Source: an uncultured Candidatus Rokubacteria bacterium
GTDB taxonomy: Bacteria > Methylomirabilota > Methylomirabilia > Rokubacteriales > CSP1-6
NCBI GenBank assembly: GCA_963789955.1
Contig: CAWBMV010000001.1
Span: 320,001 to 384,000 of the forward strand
Direction of reading: 5' to 3'
Length of the DNA: 64,000 nucleotides
This document shows, in pieces, positions 1 to 12,977 of the stretch. The notes under the pieces are model-generated. The model did no database searches and was not told where the DNA came from. It saw only the letters and a program-made list of their open reading frames with translations. Position numbers and translations under genes: made by a program. Position 1 is the stretch's first letter. Each line of letters begins with the position of its first letter.

Positions 1-722
1 TGCTTGAGCGCCGGGTCGTCGATCGGCGCGTTGTCGTAGTTCGCCTTGATGTACTGCGGGTGGTTCGCGTTGCAGTGCCAGCACTCGCGGTTGTTTTCCC
101 ACACGAGCTTCCAATTTGCGTGGACCTCGTAGCTCCGGCTCGCGGCGATCCGCGCGCGCTCGAGCCCTTGCGGGCGCAGGAGCGCGCCGAGCGCGTCCGC
201 GGCGCCCTCGAACGGGGGCGGATCGTCGGCCAGGCACACGAAGATCAATCCGCCGACTTCACGGGCCTGCACGCGGTGCAGTCCGTAGTCGCGGCGCTCG
301 AGGTCGCCATCCTGGTCCATCCCGCCGCACGCGATGAGCTCGCCGTTGCGCGCGTAGGACCACTGGTGATACGGGCAGACGATCCGCGCGACGTGCCCGG
401 ACTGGGTCTGACAGACCTTCATTCCCCGATGACGGCAGGTGTTGTGGAGCGCTGCGATGTGTCCGTCGTCACCGCGCATGACGATGATCGAGTCGGTGTC
501 GATGTCGAAGACGAAGTAGTCGCCCGGTGCCTTGACCTGACAGGTGTGGCCGGCGAAGAGCCACCCGCGACGCCAGATACGCTCGAGGTCGAGCTGGTAA
601 ATGCCGGGGTCGGTCTGGAACTCGCGCTGCAGCGCGTGGCCCGGCGGGTGCTCCGCGATCAAACGCTCGAGCAGCGCGCGGGCGTCGGCGAGCTGTGAGG
701 ACGTGAGGAACGGACTCGGCAT
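1..722 (-). CDS. Rieske aromatic-ring-hydroxylating oxygenase alpha subunit (GbcA/Stc2-like quaternary amine demethylase type); 3' end runs off the window
   Basis: Manual translation from ATG 722: MPSPFLTSS...LERIWRRGWLFAGH...HNTCRHRG...IVCPYHQWSY (Rieske CxH...CxxH) ...NWKLVWENNRECWHC..NHP (mononuclear Fe site). Confidence 0.85.
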   Translation of the reverse strand, partial: MPSPFLTSSQLADARALLERLIAEHPPGHALQREFQTDPGIYQLDLERIWRRGWLFAGHTCQVKAPGDYFVFDIDTDSIIVMRGDDGHIAALHNTCRHRGMKVCQTQSGHVARIVCPYHQWSYARNGELIACGGMDQDGDLERRDYGLHRVQAREVGGLIFVCLADDPPPFEGAADALGALLRPQGLERARIAASRSYEVHANWKLVWENNRECWHCNANHPQYIKANYDNAPIDDPALK

Positions 723-761
723 CGCCTCACCATTATAGTGACAGGCGACGGCTTTGCGGCG

Positions 762-1512
762 TCACTTCAAGGGTATGCGGAACTCGACGAACACGCCGCC
801 GCTTCGGGGGATCCCGACCCGGATGTCCGACTTGATCCCGAGCAGGCTTTCCGCCATGTAGTTCAGCGCGCCGATCGGATCGGTCGCGATCAGGCCGACG
901 TGGTCGTACCACTTGAGCTCGGGCTTGCGTCTGATCCAGTTTCTGAATGGCTCGAAGACGAAGCCGCCGAGCAGAGAGCCCCCGACGGGCGTGACGATCA
1001 GATCCTGGAAGGAGGGCCGTTCGAAGATCGCCTCGATCCCGAACTCGTAGATCGCCGAGGCGACGGCCGAGTACAGGAACGAGTCGATGCGGTCGAAGCC
1101 ACGCTCACGCGCGCGAGTGTAGTAGGTGGCGCCAAAGTACGAATGCCCGATGTAGTTCACGGGCCAGCTGTCGTCATCCCAGTGAGGGCTTGAAGCGTTC
1201 TCCCACCATTTCTCGAAGCTGATCTCCTTGTTCTGATGGGACCAGTTCGAGACGCTCGCCGGGACGACGATAGAGGATCGCGGCGCCGACGACCTGGTAG
1301 CCGATGATGAACCCGGTGTCGCGCAAGAGTCCCAACCAGTCGCGAGGCTGCTCCGAGTCGTCGGGCAGGAGGTGAAACTTCACGGGCGCATTCTCGGTCG
1401 TCACGCGAACCCACCATTCGGTCGCGTCGGGATCTTCCTCGGCGAACGCCGCCGGCACCGCCGCGAGCGAAAGGGATGCTGCCACGAGTAGAGCGACGAG
1501 GGAACGCAACAC
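762..1512 (-). CDS. DUF3943-like secreted/outer-membrane protein (frameshifted)
   Basis: Signal peptide VLRSLVALLVAASLSLAAVPAAFA in ORF 1174-2367; C-part NYIGHSYFGATYYTRAR...YEFGIEAIFERPSFQDLIVTPVGGSLLG in ORF 762-1160. Confidence 0.65.
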
Positions 1513-1603
1513 CGGATGCGTACCATGCCGGGCGCGAGTCGGCTCCGTCCATCGGACCTTGGTCCATGCCGACCCGGACGGACGAGACGCGCGCGATATG
1601 GCG

Positions 1604-4056
1604 CTAGACGCGAAGCCGTGCGCCCGCGGGATCGTAGAGCACGTCCGGCGCGACCTCGGCGGCGAAGCGCGCGCCGAAGGCTTCCACCTCGAGCGGTGTG
1701 CCGGTCGCCGAGAGCGCCGTTGGTAAATACACGAAACCGATGTGCTTCGCGACCGTGTAGCCCCAGCCCACGCTGCGCAGCCGTCCCGCCACACGGCCAC
1801 CGGCGTACACCGCCTCGCCACCGTAGAGGTCCGACATGGTCGGGCATCGCCGCCGTCAGTGTGATCGTGCAGAGCTTCCGCGTGAGTCCCTCGGCCTTGA
1901 TCCGGCTCAGCGCCTCGCGGCCGACGAAGTCTCCCTTCTGCAGGCGCACGCAGAAGCCGAGCCCGGCTTCGTAGGGGTTCTCGGCCGGCGTGAGATCGCT
2001 GCTCCAGTAGCGGTAGCCCTTTTCGAGCCGCAAGGAGTCGACGGCCTTGTACCCGACGGGCTCGATGGCAAAGGGCCGGCCGGCCGCGAGCAGCGCGTCC
2101 CAGACCGCGACGGCATGGCGGTTCTCGACGTAGAGCTCCCAGCCGAGCTCGCCGACGTAGGTCACACGCTGGGCGCCGACCGCGGCGCCGGCGATCTCGA
2201 TCGGTCGCGCCGACATATAAGGAAGGGCCGCGTTCGACACGTCGCTCGCGGTGACGGCCTGGAGCACGCGACGCGCGTCGGGGCCCCAGAGGCCGATGCA
2301 CGCGAACGCGTCCGTCACGTCGCGCACCTGCACGCTGTCGTCGGACGGCAGGTGCATCAGGATCCACCCGAGGTCGCTCGCGACGAAGTTGCTGCCGGTC
2401 GTCACCCGGAAGCGATCCGGCGCCCAGCGCGTGACGGTCAGGTCACTCTCGATTCCGCCGCGCGGGTTGAGGAACTGCGTGTAGATCACGCTGCCGACCG
2501 GGCGATCGACGTCGTTGTCGGCGAGCCGCTGCAGCAGCGCCAGCGCGCCCGGGCCGCTCACGTCGAGCTTGCCGAACGAGGTGAAGTCGAAGAGGCCGAC
2601 CCGCTCGCGGACGGCCCGGTGCTCGGCGCCGACGCGGTCGAAGAACGCCGCGCGCGCCCAGCCCCAGCGGCGCTGATCGGTGCCCGCGCGGCGACCGGGT
2701 GTGCCCGGCATGAAATAGTTGGCGCGCTCCCAGCCGTTCTTCTCGCCGAACACCGCGCCGGCTTCGCCGAGCCGCGCGTCGAGCGGGCTCAGGCGGCGCG
2801 CGCGGGCCCACTCGTTCTCGTCGTGGGGATAGCGGAGCATGTAGTAGTACTTGTACGATTCGCGCGCGCGCTCGGCGGCGTACGCGCGATCCTCGTACAC
2901 CGGCCCGAAGCGTCGGACGTTCAGCTCCGTCACGTCGTGCGGCGGCTCGCCGTCGACGAGCCAGTCGGCCACGATGTGGCCGATCGCGCCGCCGGCGCCG
3001 AAGCCGGTGTGCGACAGACCCGCCGCGACCCAGAACCCGGGGACGCCGGGCACCGGACCGAGCAAGGGACGGCTGTCGGGGGTGATACCTTCGGGGCCGT
3101 TCACCAGGTGCGCCAGCTCGGCCTTTGACAAGATCGGCACGCGCCGGATCGCGCCCTCGAGGATCTCGTTGAACAGCTCCCAGTCGGACGGCAGGAGCTG
3201 CTGCGTGAAGTCCCAGGGCACGCCGCCGACCGACCACGCGACCGGGCTACGCTCGAAGCCGCCGATGAGAAATCCGCCGACCTCCTCACGCATGTAGACG
3301 AGGTTCTCCGGGTCGCGCAGGCACGGCGTCGAGCGGGGGAGCTGGTGGTCCGGGATCGGCTTCGTCGCCAGATGCTGATGGACCAGCGGCGTGATCGGCA
3401 GACTGACGCCGACCATCGCGGCGATCTGCGACGCCCACATCCCGCCCGCATTGATGACGATCTCCGTGTGGATCGCGCCGTGGTCCGTCTCGACGGCCGC
3501 GACGGCGCCCCGGCGATGTCCGCCGGATCCCGGTGACGCGCACGCCGGTGTTGAGCTCGACGCCCAGGCGGCGTGCCTGCGCGGCCAGCTCCATCGTCGC
3601 GCCGCTCGGATCGAGCCAGCCATCGCCCGGCAAGTACATCGCGCCGTGGAGGCTCTCGGCGGACATCAACGGGAAGATGCGAAGTGATTCGGCCGGCGAG
3701 ATGGTGTCGACGTCGAGCCCGATCGCGCGGGCCATGCCGACCTGCCGCTGGAGGAATCGAAGCTGATCGCCGCTCGAGGCGACGCGAAGGCTCCCGACCT
3801 CGTGCCAGTGCTCCGCCGATCCGGGCTCCGCCTGCAGCCGCCGATAGAGCTCGATGCTGTACTTCCGCATCCGCATGAGCGTCGGCGACGTATGAAAGTG
3901 CGTCACCATCCCCGCGGCATGCCACGTCGACCCGCTCGTCAACTCCCCCTTGTCGACGAGCACGACATCCGTCCACCCCTTCCGCGCCAGATGATACGCA
4001 ACACTACACCCCGCAATCCCCCCACCAACAATCACCACCCGCGCCCTCTCCCTCAT
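1604..4056 (-). CDS. GcvT-family FAD-dependent oxidoreductase (dimethylglycine/sarcosine dehydrogenase-like), split by indels
   Basis: VVIVGGGIAG...LTSGSTWHAAG FAD motif; GcvT domain FDFTSFGK, YVGELGWELY, DSLRLEKGY; C-terminus LYDPAGARLRV. Confidence 0.9.
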
Positions 4057-4158
4057 AAGCCGCGCCACCATCCCATCCGCTCCACCCGCGGTCTCATGCG
4101 CACGACCGGGGGCGCGTGCTCGGCGTGGATCACGGCAACATTGGCCGACACGGGATGT

Positions 4159-4323
4159 CGGGGTGCGGCGGGCGAGTGGGCGTGGGAGGGGTCGACCGGA
4201 CCCGTTCCCTCCAGGCGACGTCGGAAGTCGCGTGCCGAGATGGAGCCCAGCCGCCGCGGAGCAGCGCACGCGTGCCGCGTGGTCCGGCGACCCCTCCCAC
4301 GCCCGCTCGCCCGCCGCACCCCG
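4159..4323. repeat. Intergenic long inverted repeat (REP/MITE-like)
   Basis: 4159-4194 CGGGGTGCGGCGGGCGAGTGGGCGTGGGAGGGGTCG is the reverse complement of 4288-4323 with one mismatch; it extends to 4202/4281 with one gap. Confidence 0.85.
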
Positions 4324-4354
4324 GCGCCCAGCGTCGAAGCGGAGGTTGTGGGCA

Positions 4355-6060
4355 CTAGCGCTGTCGCCACGCTTGCGTCCGCCGCGTGAGCCACCGACCG
4401 AGGAGCAGATGGAGCATGCGAGCCGCGACGTTGGTGTAGAAGATCATCATCGCCATGGCCGCTGCGGACGCGATCTCACCCGTATCGTCCATGTTCAGCA
4501 CGGAGATGGACGCCAGCTCCGTCTTCGGTCCATAGATGAAGACGACGCCCGAGACGGTCGTCATCGCGTTCACGAACATGTAGATCGCGATGTCGAGCGT
4601 CGACGGCAAGCACACCGGCACGGTCACGCGCCAGAAGGTTCGATAGAACGGCTGCTTCAGCGAGGCGGATACCGTCTCGAACTCGGGATCCATCTGACGC
4701 AGCGCCGTCAACGCGGTCAGGTGCCCCACGGTGTAGAAGTGCACGATCGTGTTGATGACCAGGATCGCCATCGTGCGGTAGAGCACGTTGAGCGGATTCG
4801 CCGGGTGCGTTGAAGAAGAAGATGTAGGCGAGGCCGAGGACGAGCCCGGGCACCGCCATCGGGAGCATCGCCAGGAAGTGGAAGATGCCTCGGCCCAGCG
4901 CGAAGCCCCGCGCCTTCTCGACGAGATAGGCGCCGGCGAACACGACCACGGTTCCGATGACACCCGTCAGGAACGCCAGCCGGATCGAGTTGTAGTACGA
5001 GGCCCAGCCCCCGCCGCCCTTCTGGTCGAAGTCGTAGTGCGCCGTCGTCAGGGTCAGGTTGTAGGGGAAGAACTTCACGACGGCTGCGAACTGGGAGATC
5101 GCGACGATGCTCAGGATGGCGAGCCCCGTCACGACGCAGTAGCCCAGCATCAGGAGGTCGAACAGGCGCTGCGGCGCTGGCTGGTAGGGCACGGCGCGCG
5201 CGGAGAGGAGCGCCACCTGGCGGCGCCGCACCGCGCGATCGACGATGAAGGCGAAGATCGCGGGCACCAGCAAGATCACGCTGACGACGGCGCCCATCTG
5301 GAAGTTCTGCTGGCCGATGACCTGCTTGTACACGTCGGTCGCCAGCACGTTGTACTGGCCGCCGATGACCTTCGGCGCGCCGAAGTCGGTGACGACCGTG
5401 GTGAAGACGACGAACGTGGCGCTGATCAGACCGTAGCGCGCGCCCGGCAGGGTGACGGTCCAGAAGATCTTCGGCCGCGACGCGCGGAGCGCCACCGCCG
5501 CCTCGTAGAGCCGCGCGTCGGCGAGCGCGAGCGCGGCCAGGATGATCAGCAGGGCGTGCGGGAAGGTCGTGAAGACTTCCGCCATGACGATGCCGATCGG
5601 CCCGTAGATGCTGTGTCCGAGGAGCGCCCCCTTCAGCAACCCCTGGTTGCCGAACAGATAGACGAGCGCCAGGCCGGGCAGGAGCGAGGGCACGAGGATC
5701 GGGACGAGCGCGACGGTCTTGAAGAATCCGCGAAAGGGCATGCGCGAGCGCGTGAGCGCGTACGCGTACACGAACGCCAGCGGCACCGTGATGAGGGTGC
5801 TGAGGATCGAGACCCACAAGCTGTTACCGATCGACTGGAAGAGCGCCGGGGTCGAGAAATATCGGACGTAGTTGGCGAGACCGACGAACTCTTCCTTCGG
5901 CCCCTGGAAGCTCTTGGCGAGCATGAGACCGAGCGGCAGCGCGAGCGCGGCGACCAGGTAGAGCCCGATGACGCCGATGAAGAGGCGCATGAGCCGATCG
6001 TCGCGGCTCGACTCGGGCCGGACGATCGCGGCGGCATGATCCGCGCGCGCGACCGCGGCG

Positions 6061-6068
<8 letters not shown>
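4355..6068 (-). CDS. Putative 2-aminoethylphosphonate ABC transporter permease (double permease domain; frameshifted; start approximate)
   Basis: Many TM helices with EAA loops (LYEAAVALRAS, FETVSASLK); operon with PhnS/PhnT-like genes. Confidence 0.8.
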
Positions 6069-7146
<1,078 letters not shown>

Positions 7147-7157
7147 ACCCGTCTGCC

Positions 7158-8212
7158 TTACTTCTTCGGCTCCGACTTCGCGCCGTAGCGCTTCTCCCAC
7201 TCGCCGAGGATCTTGGCGCGGTTCGTGGCCGCCCACTGGAAGTCGTTCTTGACCATGTGCGTCGAGCATGTTGCCCGGCAGGTACTCGACCGGCTGCGAC
7301 ATCTTCGAGATCGCGACCACCGCGTAGCCTTCGTTGTAGAGCTTCATGGCCTTGTCGGTGACCGACCAGTCGACGAGGGTCTTGGCCGCTTCGAGGTTCT
7401 TCGTGCCCTTCACGATCGCGGTGGCCTCCATGTCCCAGCCCGAGCCTTCCGACGGGAACACGATGTCGATCGGCGCGCCCTGCTTCTTCTGACGGGCGGC
7501 GCGGAACTCGAAGGACACCCCGATCGGGTACTCGCCGGCGCCGGCCATCGTGCACGGCTTGGAGCCGGAGTGCGTGTAGACGCCGATGTTCTGGTGGAGC
7601 GCGTCCATGTACTTCCAGCCCTCGGTCTCGCCGAAGAGCTGGAGCCAGCTCGAGACGTCGAGAAAGCCCGTGCCCGACGAGGCCGGGTTCGGCATGACGA
7701 TCGTGCCCTTGTAGACGGGCTTGGTCAGGTCCTTCCACGAGGCCGGCTTCGGGCAGGTTCTTCTTCTGGGCCTCGACGGTGTTGAAGCAGAGGGCCGCGA
7801 CCCACGCGTCCATCCCGACCCACGCCGGCGGGTTGTCCTTGTCCCGGAACTGCGCGTCGAGCCGCTCGACGCCCTTCGGCGCGTACGGCATCAGCATGCC
7901 CTCGGGCTTCAGCACCAGGAGACTCGTCGCGGCGAGACCCCAGATCACGTCCGCCTGCGGGTTTGCCTTCTCCGCGAGCAGCTTGGCGGTGATGACACCC
8001 GTCGAGTCGCGGACCCACTTGATCTCGATGTCCGGATAGTCCTCGTTGAAGCGGGCCGCGTACTTCTTGAGGTCGTCAGCCTCGACGGCCGTGTAGACCG
8101 TCAAGGTCGCCTTGGCGGCGCGAACGCTGGTCGCCGCGAATCCGATCGCCGCCGCGACGATCGCCGCGCACACCAGGAATGAGCCAAGCCTGACGCCGGT
8201 TCTGTGAGCCAT
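7158..8212 (-). CDS. Putative 2-aminoethylphosphonate ABC transporter substrate-binding protein (frameshifted)
   Basis: Signal peptide, then LTVYTAVE...[44 protein letters not shown], characteristic of the PhnS-like family. Confidence 0.8.
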
Positions 8213-8287
8213 TGAGGGCCCTCCCTTCGCGAGGTGTCGCGATTCTAGCCTAGACGCCGGACTTTGTCAGGGCTCGCCACGAAACCG

Positions 8288-9026
8288 TCACACGAGCCGA
8301 TCACGCAGCCGCGAGCTGATCGCGTCGACCACCATCACCATGGCCACCGTCACGAGCAGCACCGTGGACGCCGCGCGGTAGTCGATCATCCGCAGATAGG
8401 TTTGAAGGTAAAAGCCGATGCCGCCGGCCCCGACGAAGCCGAGCACCGTCGCCGCGCGGATGTTGGTCTCGAGGCGATAGAGGACGTAGGAGAGGAACAG
8501 CGGCAAGCACCTGCGGGATCACGCCGAAGCGCAGCACCTGCAGCCGGGTCGCGCCCGTCGCGGTGATCGCGTCGACGGGCCCGGGATCGACGCCCTCGAC
8601 GGCCTCGCCGTAGAGCTTGGCGAGTGAGGTCGTCGTGTAGGCGACGACGGCGAGGACGCCGGGAAACGGGCCGAGCCCGACGGCGGCGACGAAGACCAGG
8701 GCGTAGACCAGCGTGTCCACGCTGCGGAAGAAGTTGAGGACGGCTCGCGCCGGGTAGAACACAGCGCCCGGCGCCACGTTGCGCGCGGAGAGGAAGCCGA
8801 GCGGCAGCGCCAGGACGGCGGCCACGGCGGTCCCGAGCAGCGCGATCTCGACGGTCTTGATCGCGCCCAGCAGCGCGGCCGGCAGCACGCTGAGATCGGG
8901 CGGCATCATGCGCCGGAGGAAATCGACGATCCAGGGCACGCCGCGGGCGAGACGGACCGGGTCGGCGCCGGTGTCCCAGACGAGCCACGCGAGGACGAGC
9001 AGCGCGACGAAGAGCCGGCGCGCATT
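8288..9026 (-). CDS. phnE: Phosphonate ABC transporter permease (frameshifted)
   Basis: AAVGLGPFPGVLA, LAKLYGEAVE, YRLETNIRAATVLGFVGAGGIG motifs. Confidence 0.85.
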
Positions 9027-9130
9027 ATTGTAGCGGGGGCCGTGAGGCCGGCTGGGCCGAGGGTGGCCTGAGACAGGTGCGACCCGGCTCCGCACGCCCG
9101 GTCTTCTTCTCAACGCGAAGTGGCCCGGCT

Positions 9131-9877
9131 TCATGTGTTGGGATCGTCCCCGTAGATCGCGCGCACGACCGTCGGCGTCACGGCGGCGGGTGGGCCGTCG
9201 AACGCGACGCGGCCCTGGCGGAAGCCGACGATGCGCGTCGCGTAGGCCAGCGCGGTTTCGAGCTGGTGCTGGCTGACCACGAGCGTGAGCCCCTGCTCGG
9301 TGTTGATGGCCTTGAGGATGTCCATGATGCTGCTGGTGAGCGCGGGATCGAGGCTGGCCGTGGGCTCGTCGGCCAGGATGACCTCGGGCCGTTGCGCCAG
9401 CGCGCGGGCGATCGCGACCCGCTGCTGCTCGCCGCCCGATAGCTTATCGGCGCGCCGCTCGGCGAGGTGAGCGAGGCCCACCTGGTCCAGACACGCGCGA
9501 GCCAGCTCGCGGTCGGCCTGCGGAAAGCTCCCGAACACGCTGGCGATCGGCGGCACGTAGCCGAGCCGTCCCGCGAGGACGTTGTCGATCGCCGAGGCGC
9601 GCCGCACCAGGTTGAACTGCTGAAACACCATGCCGATCTGCCGGCGAACCTCGCGGACCGCGACCGCGCCGGCGCCGGTGACGGCGCGGCCGGCCACGCG
9701 GATCGTTCCCGCGGTCGGCTCGACGAGCCGGTTCAGGCAGCGCAAGAAGGTGGTCTTGCCGGCGCCGCTCCGGCCGAGGACGACGACGAACTCGCCGCGG
9801 CCGATCGAGAGATCGACGCCGTGCAGCGCGACCGTCGAGGGCGGCAGGACGACACGCAGCCCCGCGACCTCGATCAT
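9131..9877 (-). CDS. phnC: Phosphonate ABC transporter ATP-binding protein
   Basis: [44 protein letters not shown]. Confidence 0.9.
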   Translation of the reverse strand: MIEVAGLRVVLPPSTVALHGVDLSIGRGEFVVVLGRSGAGKTTFLRCLNRLVEPTAGTIRVAGRAVTGAGAVAVREVRRQIGMVFQQFNLVRRASAIDNVLAGRLGYVPPIASVFGSFPQADRELARACLDQVGLAHLAERRADKLSGGEQQRVAIARALAQRPEVILADEPTASLDPALTSSIMDILKAINTEQGLTLVVSQHQLETALAYATRIVGFRQGRVAFDGPPAAVTPTVVRAIYGDDPNT

Positions 9878-9897
9878 CGGAGAGGAGGCGGCGGAGG

Positions 9898-10775
9898 TCA
9901 GCGCGGCTTGACGCCGAGCAGCTCGACCGCTGCGCGCACCGGGTCGTAGTCGCGGTCGTCGGCCGGCGCGAACCCGTCGATTTCGTAGAGGCGGCGCAGC
10001 AGCGCCGCATAGGCCGGCGCGCGAATCTGCAGGAGGGCCTCGCGCACCTTCGCGAACGTCGCCGGATCGAGGCCCGGGCGCGCGGCGATCCCGGCCTCCG
10101 GGATCTCGGGCGTCTCCGCGATATAGATGATGCGCTCGCGCTCGACGGGATCGGTCAGATACTGCTCGCGGGCCATGTCGAACGAAGCGAGCGCATCGAC
10201 GTGACCGTTGAGCAGGGCTCGCATCCCGGCGTCATGCGCGCCCGCGAACAGCACCTCACGAAAGAACGTCTTCGGGTCGCGGTCCTTCACGAGGCCGCGC
10301 TGGATCAAGAGGACCATCGGGTAGGTGTACCCCGACGAGCTGGCCGGATCGATGAACGCCATCGTCTTGCCGCGCAGATCCTCGAGCGTCTTGAGCCCGG
10401 ACTCCTTGCGGACGTAGATGCGCGAGGTGAACGAGCTCTTACCGTGCCAGAGGTTGCGAACGACGATCGTCGCCTTCGCCTCGCGGCTCGCCAGCACGTA
10501 GCCGACGGGGTGCACGAACGCGAGGTCGGCCGTGCGGTTGCGCAGCGCTTCGATCACCGCGGCGTAGTCCGAGGCGACGGTCACGCGCACCGGGATGCCC
10601 GACGCAGCTTCGTCAGCACCTTCGCGAACTCGTCCCCGGTCGCCAGCAGATCGGTCGGCTTCTGCGAGGGCGTGAGGACCAGGTGCAGGCCGTCGGCGGC
10701 GAGCGCGCTGCCCGGCGCTATGGCGCTCAGCGCGAGCGCCCACAGCGTCAGGCACGCAAGAGTGCGGGCGATCAT
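9898..10775 (-). CDS. phnD: Phosphate/phosphite/phosphonate ABC substrate-binding protein (frameshifted)
   Basis: Signal peptide MIARTLACL...; DYAAVIEALR, FIDPASSSGY, GAHDA, DDRDYDPVR. Confidence 0.85.
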
Positions 10776-10806
10776 CGGCGGTGAGTGTACCATCGAGAGA
10801 CCGGCC

Positions 10807-11499
10807 ATGAGATTCCTCTGGGCGCTGGTCTTCATCGCCGCGGCGGCGGGCGGCATCTATCTGGCCGATCGAATGGTCCTCGCTCCGAGCCGCGCGATGC
10901 AGCGCCAGCTCGAGGAGCGCGACGCGCAGATCCGCGCGCTCACCGAGCGCAATCAAGCCCTCGAAGCCGCCGTCCGGCTCCTGCGTTACGCCGAGCGGCG
11001 TGCCCGTCTCGTCGTGCTGGATCAGGCGCCCGGTCCCGAAGGTCATCAGCGGACCCGCGTCCGGTTCACCGAGCTCGACCCCCAGGGCGATCCGGTCGGC
11101 GAGCCGCGCGAGCTCACGCTCGACGGCGACGAAGTCTACGTCGACACGCTGGTGATCAAGTTCGAGGACAACTTCGTGATCGCGGGCGACGCGCTCAAGG
11201 GCAAGGCGCTGCTGCTCTTCCGGCGGATCTTCACCGACCGCAAGCGGCCCGCGGAAGGCGAAGTGCTCGACAAGGAAGGTCAGATCCCGCAGAGCTACGC
11301 CGCGGAGCGCGCGCCGACGGCGTTCGAGCGCGAGCTCTGGGCGCGATTCTGGGAGCTGGCCAACGACCCGGAGGAGGCGAAGCGGCGCGGAGTCCGCGCG
11401 CTGCACGGCGAGGCGGTGTCGACGCGCCTGCGTAAGGACCGCGTCTACTCGATCACCCTGCGCTCGACCGGCGAGCTGACGATCCAGCCGATCAAGTAG
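10807..11499 (+). CDS. Hypothetical protein with N-terminal TM anchor and coiled coil
   Basis: ORF from ATG 10807 (MRFLWALVFIAAAAGG...) with typical high-GC3 codon usage; divergent from phnD. Confidence 0.75.
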   Translation: MRFLWALVFIAAAAGGIYLADRMVLAPSRAMQRQLEERDAQIRALTERNQALEAAVRLLRYAERRARLVVLDQAPGPEGHQRTRVRFTELDPQGDPVGEPRELTLDGDEVYVDTLVIKFEDNFVIAGDALKGKALLLFRRIFTDRKRPAEGEVLDKEGQIPQSYAAERAPTAFERELWARFWELANDPEEAKRRGVRALHGEAVSTRLRKDRVYSITLRSTGELTIQPIK

Positions 11500-11539
11500 C
11501 GTTGACAAGCGCGCGGGGCGTGCGACCATATCCCCCCGC

Positions 11540-12916
11540 ATGAGCGCGCCCACCGCGGAAGTCGTCATCTGCGGCGCCGGCATCGCCGGTATCGCCGCCG
11601 CGTATCACCTGGCCGTGCGTCGCGGCGTCACCGGCGTCGTGCTCGTCGACGAAGGCCCGCCGCTCTCGCTCACCAGCGACAAGTCGACCGAATGCTATCG
11701 GAACTGGTGGCCGGGACCCGGCGACGACATGGTCGCCCTGATGAACCGGAGCATCGATCTTCTCGAGGATCTGGCGCACGAGAGCCACAATCGATTTCTG
11801 CTGAACCGGCGCGGCTATCTTTTCGTCACGGCCGATCCGGCGCAGGTGCCGGTGTTCGTCGAGCGCGCGAAGGAAGCCGCGACGCGCGGCGTCGGCCCGG
11901 CCCGCATCCACGATCACGCGTCGAGCGACTACGAGCCCGCGCCGGCCGACGGCTTCGAGGATCAGCCGACCGGGACGGACGTCATCACCGATCCGACGCT
12001 CCTGCGCCGGTACTTTCCACACCTGGCGAGCGATACGAAGGCCGTGCTGCACGCGCGCCGCTGCGGCTGGTTCAGCGCGCAGCAGCTCGGGATGTACTTG
12101 CTCGAGCGCGCGCGCGAGCACGGCGTGCGATTCGTCGAGGGCCGGGTCGAGCGCGTCGACACGACCGGCGGGCGCGTGCGCGGCGTGCAGGTCGGCGCGC
12201 GGGGCGGCGACGTGCGCATCGCGACGGACCGGTTCGTGAACGCGGCCGGGCCGTTCGTGGGACGCATCGGCCGCTTGCTCGGTCTCGATCTGCCGGTGTT
12301 CTGCGAGCGCCACGCGAAGGTCGCGTTCAACGATGTCCTGGGCGCGGTGCCGCGCTGGGCCCCGATGACGATCTGGACCGACCCGATCACCTTGCCGTGG
12401 TCCGACGAGGAGCGGCAGGAGCTCCTGGCGTCGGCCGAGCACAAGCGCCTCGTCGACGAATTTCCGGGCGGCGTGCACGGTCGGCCGGAGGGCGCCGGCG
12501 ACAGCCCGGTCGTCCTGCTGATCTGGACCTACGACATCGAGCCGGTCGAGCCGACGTTTCCGATGGAGTTCGACGGCGCGTACGGCGAGATCTGCATCCG
12601 CGGGATGTCGCGAATGATCCCGGCGCTGTCGAAGTACCTGACGCGACTGCCGCGCGTCGTCGTCGACGGCGGCTATTACACGAAGACCCGGGAGAATCGT
12701 CTGCTCTCCGGGCCGTTGCCCGTCGAGGGGGCGTACATCCTGGGCGCGCTCTCCGGCTACGGGCTCATGTCTTCCAATGGCGCGGCGGATCTTCTGGCCG
12801 ACCACATCGCCGGACGCACGTTGCCGCGCTACGCGCCGGCATTCGCGCTGTCCCGCTACGACGATCCGGCGTATCGCGCGCTCGTGGAGCAGTGGGGAGA
12901 CTCGGGGCAGCTCTGA
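11540..12916 (+). CDS. FAD-dependent oxidoreductase, DAO/sarcosine oxidase beta-like
   Basis: VVICGAGIAG dinucleotide-binding motif; VNAAGP; C-terminal SGYGLM. Confidence 0.85.
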   Translation: MSAPTAEVVICGAGIAGIAAAYHLAVRRGVTGVVLVDEGPPLSLTSDKSTECYRNWWPGPGDDMVALMNRSIDLLEDLAHESHNRFLLNRRGYLFVTADPAQVPVFVERAKEAATRGVGPARIHDHASSDYEPAPADGFEDQPTGTDVITDPTLLRRYFPHLASDTKAVLHARRCGWFSAQQLGMYLLERAREHGVRFVEGRVERVDTTGGRVRGVQVGARGGDVRIATDRFVNAAGPFVGRIGRLLGLDLPVFCERHAKVAFNDVLGAVPRWAPMTIWTDPITLPWSDEERQELLASAEHKRLVDEFPGGVHGRPEGAGDSPVVLLIWTYDIEPVEPTFPMEFDGAYGEICIRGMSRMIPALSKYLTRLPRVVVDGGYYTKTRENRLLSGPLPVEGAYILGALSGYGLMSSNGAADLLADHIAGRTLPRYAPAFALSRYDDPAYRALVEQWGDSGQL

Positions 12917-12977
12917 TCGAGGTGCGGCCGGTCGCGAGCGATCACCCGTGGCAACCATCGAGAAGAGGAGAACGATC

